A DNA stretch of 52,498 nucleotides, taken from NCBI GenBank assembly GCA_964621445.1, contig CAZUNO010000021.1, forward strand, positions 1 to 52,498, in the 5' to 3' direction. Shown piece by piece: positions 1-9,454 of the stretch; position 1 is the stretch's first letter, and each line of letters opens with the position of its first letter. The notes beneath the pieces are model-generated. The model was not told where the DNA came from. It saw only the letters and a list, made by a program, of their open reading frames with translations, and did no database searches. This DNA is from Candidatus Hadarchaeota archaeon (GTDB lineage: Archaea > CAYQAE01 > CAYVLA01). The position numbers and the translations under genes were made by a program.

Positions 1-597
1 CACGCCAAACAGGCCTCGGGAGCCATGATATCCAAAGCCCTGGAGATATCCATAAAATATGGATTTGACCCCTCAAGACTCAGAGAGCTTAGTGATTGGA
101 CTCTTCTGGAAACCCTCAAGAATTATCGCCAGGGGGGTGAAAAGGCCCAACAACTCGTCCGGAGAGTGGAATTGAGAAAACTGTATAAAAGGGCATTCGT
201 TCTGGGCCCTGAGATTGGAACCCGCCGGCGAAACGAACTGATATCGCTATACAACCGTCCGGGGGATGAGAGGGATGAACTTGAGAAATCGCTCGTGTCA
301 GAATTGAACAAAGAGGGTATAAGCGCTCTCCCGGGAGACCTTATCGTACATTGTCCGGACCTCGGTTCGATGAAGGAGGCAGGGGTCTTTGCCAAGGACG
401 AGGAGGGAATGGTTGAAAGACTAGACAGGCACCGAAGGTCCCTATCAAGGGACCTAGATGGCCTGGAGAACCAATATGCCGGAATATGGCGTTTTTTCGT
501 GTTTTCCAAACCGGGTATCGCCAGGGAAGTAAATAAGATGTGTAAGGAGGCCTTCGGGACAGAGGGTGGATTTTCACCCAAGGAATATCGTGAATGA
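1..597 (+). CDS. HD-superfamily phosphohydrolase (dNTP triphosphohydrolase-like), C-terminal part, truncated by window start
   Basis: Frame is open from base 1 (HAKQASGAMISKA...). The H-A-K...MISKA, LSDWTLL and RKLYKRAF segments resemble the HD-associated C-terminal region. The HD motif itself is outside the window. Confidence 0.6.
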   Translation, partial: HAKQASGAMISKALEISIKYGFDPSRLRELSDWTLLETLKNYRQGGEKAQQLVRRVELRKLYKRAFVLGPEIGTRRRNELISLYNRPGDERDELEKSLVSELNKEGISALPGDLIVHCPDLGSMKEAGVFAKDEEGMVERLDRHRRSLSRDLDGLENQYAGIWRFFVFSKPGIAREVNKMCKEAFGTEGGFSPKEYRE

Positions 598-734
598 TCT
601 CTGGCCTACCTCTAGGCAAATATTCCTTGATGGGGATTCTCCGGCGAAAAATGCTGAATAGGTTTGCGCAAATCCCGAAATTTTGGTGAAAAGGCCGAGA
701 AGAATTATCAGAGAGCCCGATCAACTGCCATTGA

Positions 735-3158
735 ATGAATATCTTGGCCGAGGGTGCGATCGGATTCGTCGCTTTCATTATACCGGCCTACCTAATATCC
801 TATGTAGCTTGGCCTAGAATCGAGGTTTACCTGAGGACCGCACTGGCCTTGCTCCTCGCCACCTCTATGGAGCTATTCTCCTTCTTCCTTCTGCTTGGTA
901 GTCCCGAAGGGGTTACCTGGACAGCTCTCTGGTTGTCGGCTGGTGCGTTTCTCCTCCTAGGCCTGTTGGGATACGGCCTCTTTGGAGCAGGAGGAGAATC
1001 ACCCATCATGAAGGCGGCCAAGGATAACGAATATCTCAATTATCTTGGAAGAATTGGCCTAAGGGAATGGCTTGCCATTTCCTCCATTATTCTATTTCTA
1101 GCCTCCCTATTCCTCATTCCCCTACTATTCAAGCTAGATACCAACCTGGTCTGGCGCTATCGGGCATATCTGGTGGCGTTGACCGGGATCATAATCCTGG
1201 GCATGATCACTAGAAAGAAGGCCCTGACCGTCATAATAGGTATTTCGATTCTATTCCTCGTATCTCTGGGGGTATGGTGGTCGGGTGGATATCCGGTGGG
1301 TACACCACTCTTTCATTCTAGCTTCTCCTTGACCGAGGGGTTTCCCGAGGAAGTCCCCTTCATGGATATTGAGAATATTGAGAAGATATCCGGCCCGGCT
1401 TCCAAGCTCTCCCTGCTATCCGATCTCCTGATCTTAGCATTTTCGGCTACCTTGGTCGGGATATCCGGGGTTATCATTTCAACCAGTATTCTAGGTCGAG
1501 GTACCGGTAGAACCGCACTGGTACTCGTTCTGGCCTTTTTCCTTCTCATTCCAGCATTTTCCCTGGTATATTTCTATTCCCTAGGCATCGGTAGCTTGGA
1601 TTTCCTGGGAAACCTTGCTCACGGAGCCATGCATGCCGGTAATTTGCTGGAACTAGTAGATGATGGCGAGCTCAGCAAGTCAATTCTCATGGATACCAAC
1701 CGAAGCATTGGGCTCGCGGGGCAATATTTCACAAACAGCGGCGACCTTTTGGCCGGGCTGGAACGGTTAAGATTCTTTGACTTGCTAGGATGGATCCCCA
1801 TTCTTGGCAAATACTCCAACAACATGAGGTCATTGAGCTGGGGTGTCCAGGAGGGAGCAACCGGACTACAGCTCTGTGCAACGGGGTCAATAGATGTTCT
1901 AGACGGAGTTTTAGTGACTTTAGAGGTTGGAAACGGTACCATACAGTATCTGGAGATAATGGGACCTGAAATTGCTGAAAAGGATTTTAACGTCAACGCG
2001 GTTAAACAGGGTTTCTCAAGAATGGACTCCGGTTTCGTTCAAATCTCGTCTGGCTTTCCCTCACTAAAGAGATCGTTTTCGAATCTCTCCTCGCTTGACC
2101 CCTCAGTCATCAAAGATGACTTTCCTGACATCTATAGGGGACTCGACGAACTCGTGAATCGCAGCCGGGAAATGGGAACCGTGATTAACGCAACCGAAGG
2201 TTTCCTGACCCCAAATCCCACAAATTTAACGCCATCAACCCACCTTCTCTATGCTGCGTTCTCTCTATCTCGTTCATATGCGGACCTCACCGACCTACGG
2301 GAACCCAGCAAAATACCCACTTTTGAAGATGTGGCATCCAATATTTCCCAGGTCGAAATGGCGCTTACAAAACCACCAGTACCGGATATACGGAAGAGGG
2401 GCGGCAAGGTTGGAAATTCAGTAAACTTCCTTGCCGATATATTGGACCTTATCGAGAATACCATCGAAGTAACGGACCGTACGAGGCAAGTTGCCATCGA
2501 TCTGGAAGAGATCTACACCGAGGTTCAGGAGAACATCATCCAAAACCTTACAAATCTGGAGCTCGCAAGGCTGGACGAGAAGGCATCGGAATTGGGCAGC
2601 CATTCCCGTGACCTTAAGAATCAGGTTGACCTGGCACAGAACAAAACAGATAACATGCTAATCAAGGTTCAGGAAGAGGAATACGGATATGCAAACGAAC
2701 TTGCAAGCAAGGGTGTTGATCTCCTAAATCATATATTGGATCTCATAAGCGACTTGAGACAACTCGTGGACCTATCACAGGCCGTGGAATCCCTCGTAAA
2801 TGCATTCAGGAGCTATCATGACTTCTATAACGAGCTTGGACGCACTGAGAGGAGAATTAAGTCCGGCAACCTCGAGTCCGCTGCCGACAGTTGGTCTTTG
2901 ACCAAATCCAGAATGGAAAGTGGTAGATTGGAGATCGAGAACGCACTGGATTACCTGGATAACCTACCCGGTCATGTAGAGATACCAATATCCACGGCTG
3001 ATCTGGAGGACATACTGGAAAGTAGTGCAGATATCGAAATCAAGGTAGATGAACTTGGCGATGCAATAAGTAAAGGCAAAGACCAGGAAGCCCTTGAAAT
3101 AATATCGGAAATGAGAGACAATTTCATGGATCTTGCCCAGGAGCTACAGATGAAGTAA
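735..3158 (+). CDS. polytopic membrane protein (about 8-9 TM in the N-terminal ~290 aa) with long alpha-helical/coiled-coil C-terminal region
   Basis: 807-aa ORF. Hydrophobic N-terminal third with a DUF1616-like FIIPAYL...LRTALALLL start, followed by heptad-like L/E/D-rich helices. Confidence 0.65.
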   Translation: MNILAEGAIGFVAFIIPAYLISYVAWPRIEVYLRTALALLLATSMELFSFFLLLGSPEGVTWTALWLSAGAFLLLGLLGYGLFGAGGESPIMKAAKDNEYLNYLGRIGLREWLAISSIILFLASLFLIPLLFKLDTNLVWRYRAYLVALTGIIILGMITRKKALTVIIGISILFLVSLGVWWSGGYPVGTPLFHSSFSLTEGFPEEVPFMDIENIEKISGPASKLSLLSDLLILAFSATLVGISGVIISTSILGRGTGRTALVLVLAFFLLIPAFSLVYFYSLGIGSLDFLGNLAHGAMHAGNLLELVDDGELSKSILMDTNRSIGLAGQYFTNSGDLLAGLERLRFFDLLGWIPILGKYSNNMRSLSWGVQEGATGLQLCATGSIDVLDGVLVTLEVGNGTIQYLEIMGPEIAEKDFNVNAVKQGFSRMDSGFVQISSGFPSLKRSFSNLSSLDPSVIKDDFPDIYRGLDELVNRSREMGTVINATEGFLTPNPTNLTPSTHLLYAAFSLSRSYADLTDLREPSKIPTFEDVASNISQVEMALTKPPVPDIRKRGGKVGNSVNFLADILDLIENTIEVTDRTRQVAIDLEEIYTEVQENIIQNLTNLELARLDEKASELGSHSRDLKNQVDLAQNKTDNMLIKVQEEEYGYANELASKGVDLLNHILDLISDLRQLVDLSQAVESLVNAFRSYHDFYNELGRTERRIKSGNLESAADSWSLTKSRMESGRLEIENALDYLDNLPGHVEIPISTADLEDILESSADIEIKVDELGDAISKGKDQEALEIISEMRDNFMDLAQELQMK

Positions 3159-3165
3159 ACCGGTA

Positions 3166-3864
3166 CTACTTGACATCTGCTGAGTCAGAATATCCCCGGC
3201 TCTCCCAGTAACCTCTATGGTCCTCGTTTTCGGTCAACTCCATCTTGACCACCCACTTCACCCACTTGTACCCCCATTTTCCCTCAGCAACAAGTCGTAC
3301 CGGATAGCCAGACTCGGTAGGAAGGTAATTCTCATTTGCCTGATAGGCCAACAGGAAGGCGTCCGATGCATTCAGCTCCTCCACTGGAAAGGAACTGGTA
3401 TATCCATCGGCTGCATAGAAGATCGCCCTCTTTGCTTCCGGCTTCACCCCGGCCTCCCTCAGTATATCCCTCACGGCGATGCCCCTCCAATCAGCCGACC
3501 AGCTCCAGCCCTCCACACAGTACATGACGTTCTCCCTTTCCACGAAGGGATGCTCTAGTATATCCCTGAAGCTGAGGGACATGGTCTCCTCAACCAGCCC
3601 TGTTACATCTAGTCTATATTTTTGGGGATCAATATTCTGGGTTCCCTTGATGCTTCTGGTTCTTCCCAGATCTATCTTGCCCGGTTCGGGAAGCCTTCCA
3701 CTCCATGAGCCCGGGCTCGTCCTATTCAGGCTCAGATTATCAGGTGGCTTCTCGCGCTCGGGGGAAAAAAGGCAGCCGGAAATGATAGATATCAACAAAA
3801 AACACAGGAAAAGTGTTAATGTACCCTTTTCGAGATCGCCAAGGCCCCTCATTGATGAGTCCAT
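3166..3864 (-). CDS. molybdopterin-dependent oxidoreductase (sulfite oxidase/MsrP family), probable lipoprotein
   Basis: Motifs LDVTGLV, YCVEGWS (Mo-ligating Cys), GYPVRL, GYKWVKWV, GYWESRGY. N-terminal hydrophobic stretch ends in ISGC (lipobox). Confidence 0.85.
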   Translation of the reverse strand: MDSSMRGLGDLEKGTLTLFLCFLLISIISGCLFSPEREKPPDNLSLNRTSPGSWSGRLPEPGKIDLGRTRSIKGTQNIDPQKYRLDVTGLVEETMSLSFRDILEHPFVERENVMYCVEGWSWSADWRGIAVRDILREAGVKPEAKRAIFYAADGYTSSFPVEELNASDAFLLAYQANENYLPTESGYPVRLVAEGKWGYKWVKWVVKMELTENEDHRGYWESRGYSDSADVK

Positions 3865-3925
3865 ATCCCCGTGTCCTTATTTAAGGACTCTTTGACCCCA
3901 TATTCTTGACAGGTCCCGGCCCTGG

Positions 3926-4573
3926 TCACTCCTCCTCTGAGTACGGTGTTTCGCCCTGGCGCTTGGCCCGCAGGGATGCCAACCAGCTGTTCAGATAATC
4001 ATGAGGACGGAAGGGACAGGTGATTATGACCCGGATATCCTTTGGCAGGTCCAGGTCCCTGGACATATCCATGAAAAGGAGACCCATCTCCCCTTCCTCG
4101 AGTGTCTCATCTATCCTCTTCTTCACATGCTGGTTTCTCTCCACCATGCTTTCCTGAAGGAACTGGGATATGGTCTGCAGCTTCGATTCCAAATCCTCCC
4201 TTGAGCTACTGGACGAGCTAAGCTCATGCAGTTTCTGCATCCAGGACATGGTCTCCAAAACCAGCTCAGGGTCCTCAGCCTGAACTATTTCAGCCCCTTG
4301 CTCCATGGCGTGCTGTACCACCTCGTGTTGGGAGGGATTATTGATTTTTAACATGTTTAACTCCCTTTTTCCCGGGACCCCGCTTGATTCCAGGTAGATA
4401 CGAGCTAAGGCACTGCCGGCAGCTTTGACCCTTTCATCTACATATTCCCAAAATTCCTTTGACCTCTCATCAAAATCCTCAGGGATTTCAGGATCGATAC
4501 TTCTCATTTCATCTCTTGTAAACATCCGAGGCACACGGAGTAACGTCCTTGAGATAGTACCACCAGACCTCAA
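3926..4573 (-). CDS. conserved hypothetical protein (TraB/ChaN/EreA-like fold suspected); start uncertain (TTG 4573 or ATC 4555)
   Basis: 215-aa ORF with coding-like composition. RN.H...RIDETL..GE.GLLF pattern recalled from a family of archaeal/bacterial hypothetical proteins. Confidence 0.5.
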   Translation of the reverse strand: MRSGGTISRTLLRVPRMFTRDEMRSIDPEIPEDFDERSKEFWEYVDERVKAAGSALARIYLESSGVPGKRELNMLKINNPSQHEVVQHAMEQGAEIVQAEDPELVLETMSWMQKLHELSSSSSSREDLESKLQTISQFLQESMVERNQHVKKRIDETLEEGEMGLLFMDMSRDLDLPKDIRVIITCPFRPHDYLNSWLASLRAKRQGETPYSEEE

Positions 4574-4613
4574 TCGACTTGCGGAATAGAAAATGTTAAC
4601 CCCGCGTCGGGGA

Positions 4614-6575
4614 CTAGGACCAGAATTTTCGCGTCAGGCTGGCCAATGTAGATGGGTCCTTGACCTCGACCGCTTCCTCTTGCCACCATCTGGGAGCGCT
4701 GTCCAGATAATTGCGACAGAATCTTCTATCAAATACATAGAGAGCTGCCTTGTCCTCCCTGGACCGATGTGCTCTCCCCGCGGATTGTACGATCTTGGTA
4801 ACCGCCGGAAGGTAATAGAAATAATCCCTTCCCTTTCCCGGGAACTTCGCGTCATAATATTTCATTCCCGCCCTTACCAGGTCGGAAATCTTCTCCAGAG
4901 GCAGGCCAAAGATGGCCACGGCGTCAATGAGCCCAGGTAGGTCCAGTCCCTCGCTTAGGGAGGCCCCCATTACGCCCATTACCGTTCCCCCTTCCTCCAA
5001 CACCGTTGCTGCATCCCCTCTCTTTGTAGAGCCCCTCTCCTCGGCAAGCACCTTATGCCCTTGATACAGACCCTTTAGGTGATTCATAACCTCATATGAT
5101 GGGAAGAAGAACATAACTCCGGAGGGGGTATTATCCCGGATTATCTCCATTCTTTGGAGTATTCTTCCATACATATCCTTATTCCTCGATCTCCAGGCCA
5201 GGGAAATGCTGTCATCAAGAAAAAGGGCCCGGTTTTGACGGGGGAACACGTTTGGGAACTCCTTATGCTTTGCTCTCTGGAGTCCAAGTATATCACAATA
5301 ATAGTTTCCGGGAACAAGGGTGCCCGACATCAGTACCGATGCCCTCGCTCCGGTGGGCTTATGGCCATCCAGAACCTTCGATGCCAGTGGAGCCGGGTCC
5401 AATGACCTAATCTCAAGCCTCTTGGAGGGATTTCCCCTTCTCGTCCGAGAGAGAACGCAGAACCTCTGGAAAGAGGGGTCTCTTGACAGGAGAAATGGCC
5501 TCAGAAAAGCTCCGGTGGTGGCCAAATTTGATCTTGGCGGGGACCCTCTCTTGATCTTCGTCTCCAGTACCTTGGCCCCGGCAGCCTCCAGGCTCTCCAC
5601 AGGTCCCTTGAAGGATGATATTCCCTTTCTCTTTAGAGATATCTTAACGAGTCCCCCGGGGAGACGTCTCCCATCAGGAGTGAATTTGAATGTACTATAG
5701 AGCTCAGAGAAGCCGCGCAGGAAGGATTCCATACCCCTTATGGAAATTCCAATCTCCTCAATTGAGCGTGAATATGCCTTTAGCTCTCTCAGGGCATACC
5801 TCAGACTACCCGAGGACAGCCCGTGGGAAAGTGATTCCCGGCAAAACTTGGGGAGGTTATGAGCCTCGTCACATATCAATATGCAATTCCCTCTATCAAG
5901 CGACAGTGTACGGAGTAGATTCGCAGCAACGACCGGATGAAAGGAATACCAGAAGGTGCCTATCAATACATCGGCATCCCTGGCGATCCACTTCAGGAGT
6001 TCATAGATGCAAACCGGCTTGCTTCCCAGGTCCCTCTCGATTTTTTGTGCAACCTCATCTATCCGATGAGGAGGGGGCATCTCCTGGAGTATTCTCTCTC
6101 TAAGTGCAATCGCCGTCCTGGACTTCGATCTCCTCCCGCTTGCCTCTTCCCCGAACAGGCCTCCAAGCCCCCCTCTCTCGAAAAGGGCGTTGAAGTAAGG
6201 ACAATCCCCGTTTCTCCTCCGGAGTTCGCACGCTTCCAGAAGTTCAGCATATCCTAGTCCATTAACATCCGGGTCCCTGCAAAGATCCGCCTTGCTAGCA
6301 AAGGAAACGGCCCTATAATCCGTGCCATTCGCACGGTTGATACTTCTCAATTCCTTCAGTACTATCGGTATCTGGTTCTTTCGGTTAACAACATATAGAA
6401 TCTTGCCATCGGGGGGGATCTGGGGCAATGTCGCCAACAGTGCTGCCAAGGTCTTACCTATCCCAGTCGGAGCGTGAGCTAGACACACTCCGCCCGAGGA
6501 AATTACCTCCCCGATAAAATCGACAAGCTCACATTGTCCCTTTCTGAGATCATAAGGACTCTGAAGAACCTTCAA
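4614..6575 (-). CDS. xpd: ATP-dependent DNA helicase, XPD/Rad3/DinG family, with Fe-S cluster
   Basis: Walker A APTGIGKT, four Fe-S Cys (DLC, EAC, DCPY, VCIY), DEAHN, MSGTL, FFPSY, SEGLD and QSAGRAHR motifs. Confidence 0.9.
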   Translation of the reverse strand: MKVLQSPYDLRKGQCELVDFIGEVISSGGVCLAHAPTGIGKTLAALLATLPQIPPDGKILYVVNRKNQIPIVLKELRSINRANGTDYRAVSFASKADLCRDPDVNGLGYAELLEACELRRRNGDCPYFNALFERGGLGGLFGEEASGRRSKSRTAIALRERILQEMPPPHRIDEVAQKIERDLGSKPVCIYELLKWIARDADVLIGTFWYSFHPVVAANLLRTLSLDRGNCILICDEAHNLPKFCRESLSHGLSSGSLRYALRELKAYSRSIEEIGISIRGMESFLRGFSELYSTFKFTPDGRRLPGGLVKISLKRKGISSFKGPVESLEAAGAKVLETKIKRGSPPRSNLATTGAFLRPFLLSRDPSFQRFCVLSRTRRGNPSKRLEIRSLDPAPLASKVLDGHKPTGARASVLMSGTLVPGNYYCDILGLQRAKHKEFPNVFPRQNRALFLDDSISLAWRSRNKDMYGRILQRMEIIRDNTPSGVMFFFPSYEVMNHLKGLYQGHKVLAEERGSTKRGDAATVLEEGGTVMGVMGASLSEGLDLPGLIDAVAIFGLPLEKISDLVRAGMKYYDAKFPGKGRDYFYYLPAVTKIVQSAGRAHRSREDKAALYVFDRRFCRNYLDSAPRWWQEEAVEVKDPSTLASLTRKFWS

Positions 6576-6634
6576 TAATACATGGTAAAATCTCAGCGGG
6601 AAAAATGTGACTACCTAGATATCAAGGGATTTGC

Positions 6635-7489
6635 CTAGGCCTTGAGGTAGTAATTTGTTATACGTCTTTCAATCTCGCCGTTACATGAGATCTCGATTAA
6701 TTCGAAACCATCCAGTAACTTGAATTCGTTGATGTCCTGGTTAGGCACAGAAGACCGATCGATGGAAAACGCAAGTCGCATGGTGTCATCCTTCTCTAGG
6801 TCCCTGAACTCTACCATTCCCAAGGGAGGCGCGTCCAACATGTCGGGAACCCCTGATGCTATCTCCGACGGGGAGAGTTCCTTTAACCTCTTGTAAACCT
6901 CCTTGTCATCATTATACTCAACCGAGAGCTCGGTAATAGTGGAGTTTCTCATGAAGAAGAAATCATTTACACCTCCGTAGAGATGACTCATCCCCGATTC
7001 GTTGAAAAAGCCAGCATACACGGTGGTGAGACCCCAATCATCATAACCGGAGACGATGCTTCCATCTACATTGGCCAGTGCATCCGTGAAATCGAAAATA
7101 TACAGATCCTGTGTAGTCTTGTTCCGAACTACATCTTCCATCTCGAATTCCTCGGGCTCAACCCCAATTTGATTACACATTTCCATCATGGTGGAAATAG
7201 GCTCTAGTTCCATCATTGCCTCACGGCCAAATTGGCCCATCTCCAAGTCCATGGTCCTCGTGTCTAGCTTCCTCAGGGCACTTACCTCGATCACAACCGA
7301 GGTCAATGGTTCCCTGGCGATGAGTGCTAGCGAGAAGGTATTTCGGCTATCGTGGCTCAATCCCTTTGGATGTTTATTCTCCAAAACCTCCACTCTATCT
7401 TCGGATACCTCACCAATTAACATAAGGGTGACTACTGTTGAAGCCGTTAAAGCAATAAGAACGATTCCGATGAATTCCCGCCTTACCAT
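6635..7489 (-). CDS. hypothetical protein, N-terminal membrane anchor and acidic extracellular domain
   Basis: 284-aa ORF. MVRR plus one hydrophobic helix, then an acidic soluble region. GGAG-type SD upstream. Confidence 0.6.
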   Translation of the reverse strand: MVRREFIGIVLIALTASTVVTLMLIGEVSEDRVEVLENKHPKGLSHDSRNTFSLALIAREPLTSVVIEVSALRKLDTRTMDLEMGQFGREAMMELEPISTMMEMCNQIGVEPEEFEMEDVVRNKTTQDLYIFDFTDALANVDGSIVSGYDDWGLTTVYAGFFNESGMSHLYGGVNDFFFMRNSTITELSVEYNDDKEVYKRLKELSPSEIASGVPDMLDAPPLGMVEFRDLEKDDTMRLAFSIDRSSVPNQDINEFKLLDGFELIEISCNGEIERRITNYYLKA

Positions 7490-7592
7490 GGGACCATATC
7501 TCCTTGTAAGCTATAGGTTCACGTAATCTAATGCTAATAAAAATATCCCAGTAAAACCAATCAGGAAATACCCTATTCTCCTGCCCGTCATC

Positions 7593-8384
7593 TCAATTTA
7601 CGGGAGGCACTACTCGATTGTAGATTACCGTTGTCGATACGGGGAAAACCGGAGCAAATAAGGCAGAAACCAGGAACTCTACTCCCTGGACCACTACTCC
7701 CCTTTCAAAAAGACCCAGTACCATGTAGGTAAGAAGAAGGACCACTGCCCAGAACACGAAGAAGAGGAAAATCGTGATCTTGTTTCCGGAGGTAAGTTCG
7801 TTGCTGCTGGTCAAGGCGCTTATGGGACCCTTTTCCCCCAGTACCACCGCCTGCGGAACCAATATGAACATGAGTGAGAGAATTATTCCTGGTATGACCA
7901 GGGCAATCAGGCCCAAAATGGTGATTATGGACACCAGAAGGCTCGCTGCCACCAAGCGTGGATAGGATGGAAGCGATTGAGAGAAAGCATCATCTAGCCT
8001 TGGCTCACCTCCCATCAAACCATCATAGGTATACTGTATGGCAACGGCATGAAATAGCAATGAAACCAGGAAGATGGAAATCGTCATCAACAGAAATACC
8101 AAAAACAGATCAAAAAACAGGGAGAGCAGATCATCGGCATGCTCCTCCGGGTTATCAAGAATTTTCTGGATGCTGAGGCCCTTCTCTCTGAAAATTGACT
8201 CGCCCAAACTCTCTCCATAGTATTGGACCCCCCAGGATATCCCACCGGCAATGAGGAACAGTACAAAAAGCGTGAGAAAGTGATCCCGGTAAAAATTTAG
8301 AGTTTCCTCAAATATCCAAGAAACGCTAAGGCTCTGTCCAACAACTTTTTCCGGGGCATCGTCTGGAAGAGGCTCAACGGCCAT
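7593..8384 (-). CDS. integral membrane protein (UPF0259/YciC-like, GDPD membrane-domain-like)
   Basis: About 6 TM helices. The LIALVIPGIIL...LVPQAVVLGEKGPISAL..S.ELT.GN pattern is typical of this family. Confidence 0.7.
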   Translation of the reverse strand: MAVEPLPDDAPEKVVGQSLSVSWIFEETLNFYRDHFLTLFVLFLIAGGISWGVQYYGESLGESIFREKGLSIQKILDNPEEHADDLLSLFFDLFLVFLLMTISIFLVSLLFHAVAIQYTYDGLMGGEPRLDDAFSQSLPSYPRLVAASLLVSIITILGLIALVIPGIILSLMFILVPQAVVLGEKGPISALTSSNELTSGNKITIFLFFVFWAVVLLLTYMVLGLFERGVVVQGVEFLVSALFAPVFPVSTTVIYNRVVPPVN

Positions 8385-8423
8385 GATATCTCATTCCCAA
8401 TATTGCAGATAAGTCTTCTGTGA

Positions 8424-9185
8424 TCAGGATCTTTCCGGAATCCAAAAATCATCATCTCTCAGATCGAACTCCCTCACCAGGGGTAGCATTTGCTTATCAT
8501 TTCCTATACTCTCAGGTGAATGGGCATCGCTACCAATGGAAAATTTCACTCCGGAATCCTTACACAACTTGATGAACTTTACCAAAAATGTCCGGGGCAC
8601 CCCTAAAACCCTCGGGCTGAACTCAATGGCGATTTCATTATCCCTAGCCGTTTCAAGTGCCCAGGAAAGCTCGTATTCATCAATTCCGCACAGGACTTCC
8701 TCAGGCATCGTTATCTGGGAGGTTCCATAGGCAAATGGATGGGCTATGGCATCCGCAAAGGAACCCCTGATTGCCTCTATGAAGGAATCCAGGACCTTCC
8801 TTGACTGGATCTCGAGTGGTAGACGGCAAAAATCCTCGGCTTGCGCACCACTCGGACGATGGCTGGGTGACATTATGCAGAAGTCGAGATGCTCTCGACG
8901 TAATCTCCTCACTTCCTCCCTCGGCCATTTAGGCAGGTACACGGATACCTCTGATCCAAGGAATATATCCATACTAGTGTTCAGCTCGGATATCTCCTCT
9001 CCTATTTGCCGGACCTTTTCCCTGCTCAGCACGGGATCAAAATGATCTGTAAAACCGATGGAGTGGTAACCTTTGGCCTCCAATATCTTGGCTGCCCGGG
9101 TCGGCGTCATTCCAGCCTTACCACAATTTGAATGAATGGTATGTAGGTGAAAATCTATGTGCCCAAGTAATTCTCTCTGGGTCAT
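8424..9185 (-). CDS. PHP-domain phosphoesterase (HisPPase/YcdX-like)
   Basis: DFHLHT, GFTDH, GSE, AHP and GSDAH motifs. Confidence 0.88.
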   Translation of the reverse strand: MTQRELLGHIDFHLHTIHSNCGKAGMTPTRAAKILEAKGYHSIGFTDHFDPVLSREKVRQIGEEISELNTSMDIFLGSEVSVYLPKWPREEVRRLRREHLDFCIMSPSHRPSGAQAEDFCRLPLEIQSRKVLDSFIEAIRGSFADAIAHPFAYGTSQITMPEEVLCGIDEYELSWALETARDNEIAIEFSPRVLGVPRTFLVKFIKLCKDSGVKFSIGSDAHSPESIGNDKQMLPLVREFDLRDDDFWIPERS

Positions 9186-9244
9186 GGTGAGGGTACTAGG
9201 GAGCTGATAAGAAAATGTTTCCGGGTCACTAACCTATTCTCTAT

Positions 9245-9412
9245 CTAGGCCAAACCCAGGAGCGTTGCCAGACCACCTTGGCTCGATAATAGCCAAGGGG
9301 AAAGCAGCAGATAGGGTGCTGAGACCAGAAGATAGCCGAAAGCAACGACCACATTTATCGCCAATAAGATCCCGCAAGACACACATATCTGCCTGCATAT
9401 TTCCCGTGACAT
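9245..9412 (-). CDS. putative 55-aa membrane microprotein (MSREICRQICVSCGILLAINVVVAFGYLL...), not in ORF track
   Basis: ATG at 9412, TAG at 9245-9247. Purine-rich GGTGGAAGGGAAG immediately upstream, TATA-like element about 65 nt upstream, strongly hydrophobic core. Confidence 0.55.
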   Translation of the reverse strand: MSREICRQICVSCGILLAINVVVAFGYLLVSAPYLLLSPWLLSSQGGLATLLGLA

Positions 9413-9454
9413 AATTCTTCCCTTCCACCATCAAACCGTTTACCAGTCAGTATG

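Noticed and set aside
4614-6575. DinG-like helicase as part of a type IV CRISPR or defence system
   Set aside because: No cas genes or array are nearby, and the motifs fit an ordinary archaeal XPD-family helicase.
9234-9434. 66-aa ORF from the track (MMVEGKNY...)
   Set aside because: Its first codons coincide with the SD-like element of the overlapping 55-aa frame, which has a more protein-like hydrophobic pattern.
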